A stretch of DNA of 59,075 bases, counting the filler, from Sphacelaria rigidula (Eukaryota): assembly GCA_964200075.2 (NCBI GenBank). It is 5 parts of 5 records of this genome, joined end to end, with 100 filler letters (N's around TTAATTAATTAA, not from the genome) between each part and the next. Parts side by side here need not be neighbours in the genome. Positions count along the whole stretch, not along the records: positions 11,837 to 23,572 come from CAXNAA020004571.1; 4 more parts are not named here. One strand, 5' to 3'. The notes beneath the pieces are model-generated. The model was not told the origin of the DNA. It worked only from the letters and a program-made list of their open reading frames with translations, and ran no database searches. This document shows positions 12,780 through 23,672 of this stretch, piece by piece (position 1 is the stretch's first letter; every line of letters begins with the position of its first letter). Position numbers and translations under genes: made by a program.

Positions 12780-15400
12780 ATGGCCCCCATGGGCTGGCTC
12801 TTTATTCAATCATCCCGTCTTTTTCCATCTCATCTACGCATTCATCGATGACTTCTTGGATGCTGGTATTAGCCCTGTACGGAGCCCTATCGACGGGTTT
12901 CGTGCCCGGAACAAAGGGAAAAGCTGCATCTCCGATCGTACAACAACCTAGCTCCCGCGATGATAGTGAGAAGACTTACCTATATTTGATGCATAAATCA
13001 AACACTTGGCTCTTCTGATGTTTAGGTTAGCTAGTATCTTTGAATGCATTTCCGAGCGCTGTAGTCAGTTCTTCTTTTGCGTCAGTATTTTGCTGTCCAA
13101 CTTGTGAAACTGCACTGACTTTTTCTGCCGGCTTGTTTACTTCAACTTGTGACATTTCACTGATGTTTTCCGTGGGCTTGTTTTCCTCAACTCGTAAGAT
13201 ATATCTCAAAAGAAAACTCCGTGAGAGTTGGACGTATCGATTCGACGGAGTTGCTACTTGTACCATAGCTGTTTTGTTGACCGCTGATCAGGTGCGGGCT
13301 GTGCGTGCTACAACGAGGCGGTTATAAGCACCCGGTACTTTTTTGGATTGGAGGTCTTCACCCGTTACAATTCGTGGCTCAATGACCGCTTCATTTGTAA
13401 GTTTTGGTGGCTCATGTGTTTCGACAAGAAGGGCCATCTCACTCCGAGTTGGAACCGAGCACCTCTTTGAGAGGCACACCGGTAGATTTTCAGACGATGC
13501 TACCCGCATGACAGAAGAATAATACTAATTTTCCGAAAACATCAAACAAGCTTTTCTGTCTTTTCTTCTGTGAGTAGCTGTGAGGTGAATTGTTGAACTA
13601 TGAAACGTCAAATTTTCTGCCTGCCAATCGAGAATCCCTCCAAATGCGCCCATCTTTGAGTTCTCTATCAGCATGAGATTCGGACCGAGATTCCCGAGGA
13701 CAAATGCTTCGACGGGCATCGTCATGTCACCTAGTGTGGGGTCAAAGCGAATAAATCCCTTTATCGTGATTGATAAACCCTCGGATTTTTTTCGAGCAAT
13801 AGAACGCGGTGGGACTGATTGAATGTCCTCCTCGCTCAATGTGAGGTGTGAACGGATGAACTTCAAAAGGATGATCAGGAGGTCTGAAGCAGTATCAATG
13901 GTTATGGCAGGGACCTCCGTTCCGTTGACTCTGGCGAAAACCTGCACCCTCGCTGATGCAGGTTGCAACGTTGCCAGCTTCCTAGGATAGCGGGCTACAG
14001 AAGACATGAAGAAAGACTCGAATTCTGTCGAGCTTGGAAGCAAAAATATGGATCTGTGCTTTTCATTATTTTGCAGAGAGGTCTTGCTTTCAAAAGCATC
14101 TTGGGCGATGCCCAGGTGATGATGCCTCTCACTGAACATCTTATCTTGACCTATTATATTCCCAACTTGCTCCTGTGTACTAGTCTTCGCAGCCCCTTCT
14201 ACGTGTACTCTCTTACATGACCTCACAGAAGAAGCTACGCCTTGGCTAGCAAACCGCACACGTTTCTTGCCCTCCTTTGTTTCCGCCAGAGGGTCGGCAC
14301 CTATTTCACGGTGCACAATGTTTTTTCTCCATTTTTTGTATTCTTGCGTCACGCTCGTTACCTTGAAACCTCCATTGATAGATCCTACGGTAGTCGCTCT
14401 TTTGCGTCACATCCTCTACAGATATTGCCGTGTGGCATGATCCGTCACCCAAGTATAAAATGTCGACCCTACAAAAAGAGGCACCTTGATGTATCGCTTT
14501 CACACCCACATAACATTCCCTGGATCTCACAGAGTACTGCCGCTGAACGTGGTTGAAATGTTCGCTGAAATGTGTTATGATCACACCTCGTCGCCTTCTC
14601 TTGTATCGAAATGCAGCCGGCCTTTCCCTTTGACGCATCTGGTTAGATGGCTTTGAAAATTCTGGGAAATTGAGCACCAGTGTGCTCGTTAGAAACCGAT
14701 ATGTTCTGCAAGGCTGCATCATGTTCAGGCTTCCAACGTTCGGCGCTTCGCAGTAACAAACTGCACCGAAGTCGCAACATCTGTGAAAGCTAGAGAGTTT
14801 GATTTTTATGAACTGCATCCACACAATTCGAACGGCTCTCAAACCCTGAGGGAAGGTGGCCGCTTCGGGTCCACTTAAGCATCCGAGGATACCATCGAGC
14901 AGCATCACCAAACTGTTCGGGAATCGGCATCACGCAGTCGTTGAAGAACGGAACAGTAGTCGACAAGTGACCGTTCGTATTAAAAAACAATGCGCATGGA
15001 ACACTTTGCAGGTGGGAAAGCACGGATTTTGATGGAAAAAAACCTCTCCGGGCCCCCATTTCTGTTGTATCAGCCTGTCAAGCGTCTTTCCTCGTTCATC
15101 AATGCCTGGCTAGGGGACGGGGAAGCCGTCCTCCGTCAGGTTTTGAGAGCCGTTCGAATTGTGTGGATGCAGTTCATAAAAATCAAACTCTCTAGCTTTC
15201 ACAGATGTTGCGACTTCGGTGCAGTTTGTTACTGTGACCACCTCTGAGCAGACTGGAGTACGCGTGCTCGAAGTATCGCGATCCTTGGTCCGCGTGTTTG
15301 ACCGACGTGCAGGTACTGGATCGGATTTGACCACCCGCGACTTATATCTGATGTGCCAGATGTAGCTTACACCAATGACCCCGACCGCGCGTGTGCTCAT
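12780..15400 (-). mobile_element. Degenerate Ty3/Gypsy LTR retrotransposon (gag region, aspartic protease, start of RT); truncated
   Basis: ORF 13525-14352 contains VFARVNGTEVPAITIDTASDLLII (retropepsin D[ST]G-like motif). Downstream ~12785-12950 reads GCCTIGDAAFPFVPGTKPVDRAPYRANTSIQEVIDECVDEMEKDGMIE*RASPWG, the typical Gypsy RT N-terminus. Stops and frameshifts are present; no LTR was identified. Confidence 0.8.
14751..15234. repeat. Near-perfect ~100-bp inverted repeat (14751-14849 / 15135-15234) around a ~285-bp spacer
   Basis: cagtaacaaactgcaccgaagtcgcaacatctgtgaaagctagagag...ggctctcaaa is the reverse complement of tttgagagcc...gtgcagtttgttactg. Confidence 0.92.
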
Positions 15401-15756
15401 GTGTCACCTTTGCCGGCAGTATGATATCAGCGGCGAGGTGTACGTGGGGCCGACACTACTCCCATCCGCGCTGCCCGCGGACACTACGCCGCGAGGATTG
15501 CTGGTTCCGGGTCCAGGGGGCACGACCGAAAAGATCATGACGGGTGCTTCACAGACTTTCGGCTACAAGCTGGAGGTGAGAACAGCGCTGCATGGGGGGG
15601 CGATAAAAACACTGTGACCTCGTAGTCCTCTCTTCCCTCGCCTTTTACCGCTGTTTGCGTCCTGATATGTACGCGACTGTCTCACGATTTGAAGATTGTG
15701 TCGGGGGTGCACGAGGAAAAAAAACGCACACCTATGAATCCCTCCCCCCCCTACCC

Positions 15757-16083
15757 GAACGGGACGGCACGGGACGTGCTAGAGGGGGAAATCCGGGACG
15801 TGAACGAAGGCGGTATGCAATCGTTTGATGCATTGAGCAGTAGGGAGAAGACGATATCTACACTAGAAGATGGATGGTGGCCAGAGACGGCGAAACAGAA
15901 CGGGGATAAGATATGTAAAATGTTCTTGTGTAATGTATGGAAAAAACGTAGTGAGCTGCTGAAGGAACGTAATGAGCGCCAGAATGTTGGAGATGTCTCT
16001 ATTAGGAGTAGGAACGGTGCTCCGTCTCGAAAAAGATGCGTGGTCAATGGTCAAACGACTAAGGCAAGCAACAAACGAGTACG
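15757..16083 (+). mobile_element. 5'-truncated non-LTR retrotransposon (LINE-like) 3' fragment with 15-16 bp TSD
   Basis: Flanked by cctcccccccctaccc (15741-15756) and cctccccccctaccc (16084-16098). Encodes a C-terminal ORF piece (EGEIRDVNEGGMQSFDAL...NGQTTKASNK). The same 3' end recurs at 33885 and 47101. Confidence 0.75.
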
Positions 16084-17751
16084 CCTCCCCCCCTACCCCC
16101 CTGAAAGGTCCAAACAAAAAAATGGGACATAATTGCGCGTTTTTGTTTTTTCGTGCACCGTTGGAGATGTAGTCTTTTTTACTGCGTGGTATCGACTTTT
16201 TTTCCCTCCCGCTTTACCGCACTTCGTGAGAAAACAGTTTTTTCGGGTCCGTTTATGGGCGCGTCCACATCGCGATGCCCTGGGGACATATGGTTCCGGG
16301 AACAACTACACGTCGTGGTTTTGAGACCCCTGTCTGAGTGCTGATTCCAACCACCGCCCCTCCTCCGTATCCCTAACTGACTTTCTCATGTTCGTTGCCG
16401 CCGGCTGTCTCTACCTTGTCCACCGTTGATTTCGGTCGCAGCGTTCGACGTTCAATCAAATAAACGAGCCATTCCTCATCACGAAGCCCGGCCAGCAGAA
16501 GGAAAGTATAGGGTATACAACACGCCTAGAGAGGCTGTGGATTCGATACCTCAAGAAATCCTTTTATTAGCAATGTACTCGCATGGTCTTGGTCGCATCC
16601 AACAGACAACTCAGGCGCCCTGGAGAACCCGACAGGGAAGCCTGCCAGCCGGAAGCGGCCCTGTGTTTGGAGGTCTCAGACACGTGCCCATTCTACCATT
16701 TGGAATGGGATACGGGCGGGGAGGGAATTGTGATGGGGATCAGGTCGAAAATACCGCACAATGGCCCCAGAGGCTCGTACATTACCGCTGCGATAGGCGG
16801 CGCAGATGGTACGCAGCATGTTGTAATAGCAGTGTGCAAGAGAGTCGAGAGAGGAAAGGGAGGCTCACCGCGAAGCAGCCTATTGCGGTCACTCCCGGGG
16901 ATCTGGTCGTAGGTGGGCCGGGATTCGAGCAAAGGTGGCTGAGGGCCAGACGCGACACGGGTCGAGAGGGGTTGGAGGACGAGGTAGCCCCCGATGATGA
17001 CCATGATGACTGTGATACTGGAAGTGATGGTGATGGTGATGTTTGCAACAGCAACTAGTGATGACACTGGAGTCTCGAGTTGCAGTGGCGCAGTTGGAGA
17101 GTGAAAGCAATAGGTTCACATACAGGTCGGGATGCGAGCGCGAACGTACAGTTCAGGGCGGGGTTGAGATGCTGTCATATAGCATGATGCGGTGTTGCGA
17201 TGGTGTGTATGGCGGGACCGCACGGAGCGATCTTGGGTTGGATGCCCACGATCTCTCTTTTGACAGAGACATTGCCGCCTCATATATGCTCGAACCGGAT
17301 TGGAAAGCTCGACGGGTATTTGCAGTACGGTTGAGTCGTGCAGTAAATTATTCACGTTGTGCATCGGCCGTCAATTCTTCAGGGCAGGGGACGCCCGATC
17401 ATTCGCTCGGCTCATCACTGCGTTGGCAGTGATATCCCCCCACCACGTCACTGACAGCACCTTACTGACCTTACTGGCAGCAACTTGATGCCCGAGATTT
17501 TTGTCTGGACACGAGCCGCGAGACAAACAATAGTGAAAACATCGTCGACAACCAAACAAACGTTGTTATGCTCCGTCGCCCGCAGGTAACCACGGATGGG
17601 CGTCATGTGCAACCACGGACGCACTTCCTACTCCTCCCAAAAATTACACATCAGCAGCGTCGTGCGGTACTCCTGAGGGCTTTTTGTCACTCAACGGCTA
17701 GGGTCTTCAAACCTCATTTCATTGATGAACCTCATTCTATAGAATTCCCTG

Positions 17752-20076
17752 TTCAGTGCATGCATGCATTTCTCCTTCAAATGTAGTTTCTAAATGTCTT
17801 GCAGTATGCCTCAACAGCTGCTCATGAGCATGACCATAGATACAGTGAAACAGGTTAATATCCATCCTTTTTACAGAGGGAGGGTTCGAGGGCATAATTG
17901 CTGGTAATGCGGAAGCATCAAATTTCTTCCCTACTCGATATGCTGTGGCCACCAACATACCGTCCTGGTTCGCAAACGTCACAAATCCGTTAAATGCAGT
18001 CATTATACCATCTGGACCTCCCAACCGGTCCCAACTTTCCACATCAAATTCCGTACGAGGCGAGAACAGGTTGTATCCTAGATCAGGAGCACACTGTACG
18101 CCTTTCAACTCTGCTACATACTCGTTCTCCTCCGTCATGAAAACTACTGTCAGACTACCCTTCAACGAAACGCCACACGTCACGTCGCCTATGCCTCAAC
18201 ACCAGAAGATACTTGTGTAAGATCTCTCATGCATCGCAATGAATCTGTCAAATGATAAAGAGCACCAGTATCACCGTACCACTCTTCACAGAGAGGCCTA
18301 GAAACAGCAGCAGCAGCCAATGACTTCAAGCGTGAAAGCTCACCACTGTCTTTCTTCGACTCTGCTTCGCCTTCCTGGTCCGGAGCCCTAATTACCCGAG
18401 CTTTGCAGTCCCGTATCCTGTGTGGAAGACCACACCGGAAGCACTCCAGTGGCTTCCTACCTACGTTTTTAGCTTTCGAAGAATTACTCGTGTCATAATC
18501 AGACTTCGACTTCCTTGCTTTACCCTTATTTCCACTCCCCCTGGATTTCGCAACTAGATCTTGCCCGGTCGATTTGGCAATTTTGCCCTGTACAGAGAAA
18601 CGTAGGTAAGTATTTCGCACGTGGTTTTCTATCGCTTCTATATCACGCGGAAAATGAATACGCTTAGCACTTCCGACCATTTCGTATTCACTTGTGAGTC
18701 CACGCAACATAAGGGAACGAACAGCTCTCTCGTCCTTCTCTACTCCTAGCATAAGTAGAACGCTCAAAACTTCCCCGAGCTTTGAAAAAAACACGTGCGG
18801 ATCTTCCCCTTGTTTCATCTTCAACCCGTTGAGCTTGTGCTCATACAGGTTGAAATCTGCGTCGGTGAGGGGCAAAAAGTGATTATTCATTACACGCCAC
18901 ACTTTACTTGGGGATTTCGCGTTGCTGATCATTGCTCTTACACTTTTGCATGTCATACAATCGTCCAGATGCCACCAAGCAGCCTGTGCTTGCTTCATTT
19001 GGCTTACCGTAAAGCCCTGCTCAACCAAAGATGCAAAATCTATTCCAATATCAGCAACTGGAATATCATCGGTAGTGGTGTACGCTTCATATAATCCACA
19101 CTACCTGGCATGTAAAGAACAACGCTCCTTCCATGACGGGAAATCAGTCGCAGTCCCATCGAATTTCGAACCAGCAGGGATTCGAATACCTCTAATTCCG
19201 AAAGACGACACGCCACTTGTGCTTGCATTAATACCAACACCGAAACTCGATCCAAACACCTCTACATTTTCCCACCATTCAGTAGTACCTACCACTGGCG
19301 GGCGTGAAAAGTCCAGGCCTGGAATACCTACTGACTTCTCCGGAAGACCCAGGCCTTAAAATACCTGCTGATCTCCTTTGAAGAGCTGGGGCTGCGGTTT
19401 GCAACACCGCTGCTGCTCTTCTGTCGGTGACACCTTCATCTCGTCCGACGTACTCTGTACTGGATGCTTTCGGCGCGCCATCTCCGACAGAGGACTCTCC
19501 GCGGCCTGCATCCCGGCCGCTGTCCCCCCCTGGACCCACCAGGCTGCGTTCAAGTTGGCTTCGCAGCTCCTGTATCTCCGTCTTCAGGTCTTGACTCTGA
19601 CGGAGAATTTCTTCCTTCTCTCTACAAACGTGGGCCAGGCCTTCTTCTTGTGTAGCGGGAAAGCTGCTCCCATCTGCTTCGCTCCCCGGCGGAGACATCT
19701 TTTCTTCAGTCTGTAGTATCAGCTGGTAGCGCTAGCGTGTCCAAAGATCGCTGTCTGCCCCGGCAGCTCGTTCACAATAAGTGATGAAATAATAGTTGCT
19801 ACCAGGAAGCAAACGAGAGTGCCCCGCGAGGGGATCAACAACTCCCGTCTACAATGCCCAGAACCACACATGAAGCCAATCTCCCGTGGGCCATACGGAT
19901 GTCCCGCGGTATATGGTCAATGTACAGTATCTGTCGCGGGCCATATAGATGTCTGTCGGGAAATTCTCAGTTTTATTCTGGATAGCGTTCTTATCTACGG
20001 AGACTTCAGAGGAAGCATATCTCACACAACTCCGAACGATATCTGTGGATGCAGATTTGACCAATATACGGATACA
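17752..20076 (-). mobile_element. 3'-truncated Ty1/Copia LTR retrotransposon (putative 5' LTR, gag, zinc knuckle, protease, GAG-pre-integrase)
   Basis: Motifs KFDGTATDFPSWK, LKMKQGEDPHVFFSKL...MLRGLTSEY (UBN2-type gag), CFRCGLPHRIRDC, WYGDTGALYHLT (protease), APDLGYNLFS and LFHCIYGH. One in-frame stop at ~19101 and a frameshift at ~18190; integrase core, RT and RNase H are absent. Confidence 0.9.
19782..20076 (-). repeat. Putative 5' LTR (~295 bp) of the Copia element
   Basis: Bounded by TG...CA and located upstream of gag. The outer end coincides exactly with where homology to the hairpin-array unit begins (20077). No second LTR is available for confirmation. Confidence 0.55.
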
Positions 20077-21566
20077 GTGAACCACGACCATGACTCATAT
20101 TTCATCTGGCTTGTCAGAGCACCCGGCTGATGGGGTGATGCACATACGTTTGTACTGGGATCACGATCGATCCCAGACCTACCACCGTCATGGTAGAAAC
20201 GGGTCATGAGCACCGGTGCCTTCAGTTTATTCTCCGCTTCCCTTCGGCGTCTGCTGCCGAACAATCCATGTGTCCATACCCTTCGTCGCTCGGCAGGGTG
20301 ACTGGGACAAGCCGACATGTCACGTTGGAAACAACCGCCACGGTCGTCTCTGTGCGGCAACATACGCGCGGGACGATGTTGTCGGAGACGAATACCTCGG
20401 TCGAGTCCAAGTCGATCTCAGACAAGGCGGTGAAGGTGATCGCTTCAAGGCTGGCCGTGGCGGCATCCATTCAGATCGTTGCTCCGCCGTCACTTTCGCC
20501 TGGAGTAATGCCTACGTCATGTAGGTCGCTACTATTGGTCCTGGAGAACACAGCGGGACCACTACTTGCTGCCGTGCGACCAAGGCGATATCGACCCGGA
20601 GTCTCTGCGGATACGGAAACAATGCCCTACTCGACGAGACTGATCGCTGTGACGACGTTGTGGTTGGCGTGTTTCGGCGGAACCGCGACACTCACATTGA
20701 TGGAGATACACTTGGTCTACGCCATGCGGTCGTGGTGAGGCTGTGGCATCTGTGTTCTCCCGACCTGCCTCTCCGGCATATCCTTGTATTGTTTTGCTGT
20801 CTAGTGAGTTGAGCACCGCAGATCACTGTGTTCAACTCGCTGGACAGCAAAACAATACAAGGATATGCCGGAGAGGCAGGTCGGGAGAACACAGACGCCA
20901 CAGCCTCACCACGACCGCATGGCGTAGACCAGGTGTATCTCCATCACTGTGATTGTCGCGGTCCCGCCGAGACACGCCAACCACAACGTCGTCTCAGCGA
21001 TCAGTCTCGTCGAGTAGGGCATTGTTTCCGTATCCGCAGAGACTCCGGGTCGATATCGCCTTGGTCGCACGGCAGCAAGTAGTGGTCCCGCTGTGTTCCC
21101 CAGGGCCAATAGTAGCGACCTACATGGCGTAGGCATTGCTCCAGGCGAAAGAGACGGCGGAGCAACGATCTGGAAGGATGCCGCCACGGCCAGCGTTGAT
21201 GAGTTTAGCGTCACCGCCTTGTATGAGATTGACGTGGACTCGATCGGGGTGTTCGACATAGAGAACATCGTCCCCCGCGTATGCTGCGGCACAGAGACGG
21301 CCGTGTCGGTTGTTTCCAACGTGACATGCCGGCTTGTCCCAGTCACCCTGCCGAGCAACGAAGAGTATGGACACATGCATTGTTCGGCAGCAGACGCCGA
21401 AGGGGAGCGGAGAAGAAACTGAAGACACTGGTGTGGTGCTCTCGACCCGTTTCCACCATGACGGGGGTAGGTCTGGGATCGATCGTGATCCCGGTACACA
21501 CGTATGTGCATCACCCCGTCATGCTCTGACAAGCCACGTGAAATATGAGTCATGATCGTGGTTCAC
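20077..21566 (+). repeat. Giant hairpin 1: arms 20077-20816 and 20828-21566, 11-nt loop
   Basis: Arms are reverse complements around gagttgagcac-cgcagatcact-gtgttcaactc; mirrored ORFs on opposite strands in the ORF track (20190-20738 + and 20906-21553 -). Confidence 0.95.
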
Positions 21567-21882
21567 CGTCATTGTAGCGCTTCTGTTGGCCCTGGGGATC
21601 ACAGGGGCACTGCTACTTGCTGCCATGCGACCGAGGTCTCTCTGGTCTGAGGTCTTCAACTCACTGGCAAGCAAAGAAACACATTGATACGTCGAAGAGG
21701 CGGGTCGGAAGAACGCGGATGCCATAGCCCCACCACGACCGCATGGCGTACACCAGGTGTATCTCCATCACTGTGGATGTCGCGGTGCCGCCGAAACACG
21801 CCAACCGTCACGTCGTCACAGCGATTGGTCTTGTCAAGCAAGGCATTGCTTCCGTGTCAGCAAAGACTCCGGGTCGATGTCG

Positions 21883-23523
21883 CCTTGGTCGCATGGCAGC
21901 AAGTAGCGGCCCCACAACGATCCCAAGTACCAACAGGAGCGCTACACTGACGGTGAACCACGACCATGAGTCATTCATCATCTGGCTTGTCAGAGCACCC
22001 GGCTGACGGGTTGGTGCACATACGTGTGTACCGGGATCACGATCGATGCCAAAGCCACCCCTCGTCATGGTGGAAACGGGTCGAGAGCACCACACCAGTG
22101 TCTTCAGTTTCTTCTCCGCTCCCCTTCGGCGTCTGCTGCCGAACAATGCATGTGTCGATACTCTTCGTTGCTCGGAAGGGTGACTGGGACAAGCCGGCAT
22201 GTCACGTTGGAAACAACCGACACGGTCGTCTCTGAGCCGCAGCATACGCGCGGGACGATGTTCTCTAGAACTTGCACCTCGGTCTGGTTCAAGTCGATCT
22301 CAGACAAGGCGGTGAAGGTTGATGCGTCAAGGCTGGCCGTGGCTGCATCCTTCCGGATCGTTGCTCCGTCGTCCCTTTCGCCTGGAGCAATGCCTACGTC
22401 ATGTTGGTCGCTACCATTGGTCCTGGCGAACACGGCGGGACCACTACTTGCTGCCGTACGACCAAGGCGATATCGACCCGGAGTCTCTGCGGATACGGAA
22501 ACAATGCCCCACTCGACGAGACTGATCGCTGTGACGACGTTGTGGTTGGCGTGTTCCGGCGGAACCGCGACACTCACAGTGATGGAGATACACCTGGTCT
22601 ACGCCATGCGGTCGTGGTGAGGCTGTGGCATCTGTGTTCTCCCGACCTGCCTCTCCGGCATATCCTTGTATTGTTTCGCTGTCCAGCGAGTTGAGCACCG
22701 CAGACCGCTGTGTTCAACTCGCTGGTCAGCAAAACAATACAAGGATATGCCGGAGAGGCAGGTCGGGAGAACGCAGATGCCACAGCCTCACCACGACCGC
22801 ATGGCCCAGACCAAGTGTATCTCCATCACTGTGAGTGTCGCGGTTCCGCCGAGACACGCCAACCACAACGCGTCACAGCGATCAGTCTCGTCGAGTAGGG
22901 CATTGTTTCCGTATCAGCAGAGACTCCGGGTCGATATCGCCTTGGTCGCACGGCAGCAAGTAGTGGTCCCGCTGTGTTCCCCAGGGCCAATAGTAGCGAC
23001 CTACATGGCGTAGGCATCGCTTCAGGCGAAAGTGACGGCGGAGCAACGATCTGGAAGGATGCCGCCACGGCCAGCCTTGATGCGTTCAGCGTCACCGCCT
23101 TGTATGAGATTGACGTGGACCCGATCGGGGTGTTCGTCCTATAAAACATCGTCCCGCGCGCATGTTGCGGCACAGAGACGGCCGTGTCGGTTGTTTCCAA
23201 CGTGACATGCCGGCTTGTCCCAGTCACCCTGCCGAGCAACGAAGAGTATGGACACATGCATTGCTCGGCAGCAGACGCCGAAGGGGAGCGGAGAAGAAAC
23301 TGAAGACACTGGTGTGGTGCTCTCGACCCGTTTCCACCATGGCGGGGGTAGGTCTGGGATCGTTCGTGATCCCAGCACAAACGTATGTGCACCACCCCGT
23401 CAGCCGGATGCTCTGACAAGCCACGTGAAATATGAGTCATGATCGTGGTTCACCGTCATTGTAGCGCTTTTGTTGGCCCTGGGGATCACAGGGGCACTGC
23501 TACTTGCTGCCATGCGACCGAGG
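21883..23523 (+). repeat. Giant hairpin 2: arms 21883-22698 and 22710-23523; tandem copy of hairpin 1 (period 1882 bp)
   Basis: Centre gagttgagcac-cgcagaccgct-gtgttcaactc at 22704 versus 20822. The contig end (~23440-23572) repeats ~21553-21685 almost exactly, so the array probably continues. Confidence 0.95.
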
Positions 23524-23572
23524 TCTCTCTGGTCTGAGGTCTTCAACTCACTGGCAAGCAAAGAAACACATT

Positions 23573-23672
23573 NNNNNNNNNNNNNNNNNNNNNNNNNNNN
23601 NNNNNNNNNNNNNNNNTTAATTAATTAANNNNNNNNNNNNNNNNNNNNNNNNNNNNNNNNNNNNNNNNNNNN
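23573..23672. other. Artificial contig spacer
   Basis: N44-TTAATTAATTAA-N44. Confidence 0.98.

Noticed and set aside
16426-17058. 210-aa ORF with acidic tail
   Set aside because: No recognisable motif; possibly a frameshifted remnant, but I cannot support a call.
20121-20210. Hammerhead ribozyme or viroid-like monomer (ctgatg...gaaacgggtc)
   Set aside because: The core is CTGA(T/C)GG rather than CTGANGA, and the sequence after GTC cannot form stem I. The arms are homologous duplicates rather than a viroid-like rod.
20190-23440. Four convergent 180-215 aa ORFs in the hairpin arms as genes
   Set aside because: Start positions differ between copies, one copy is frameshifted, there is no recognisable domain, and codon bias favours the opposite strand.
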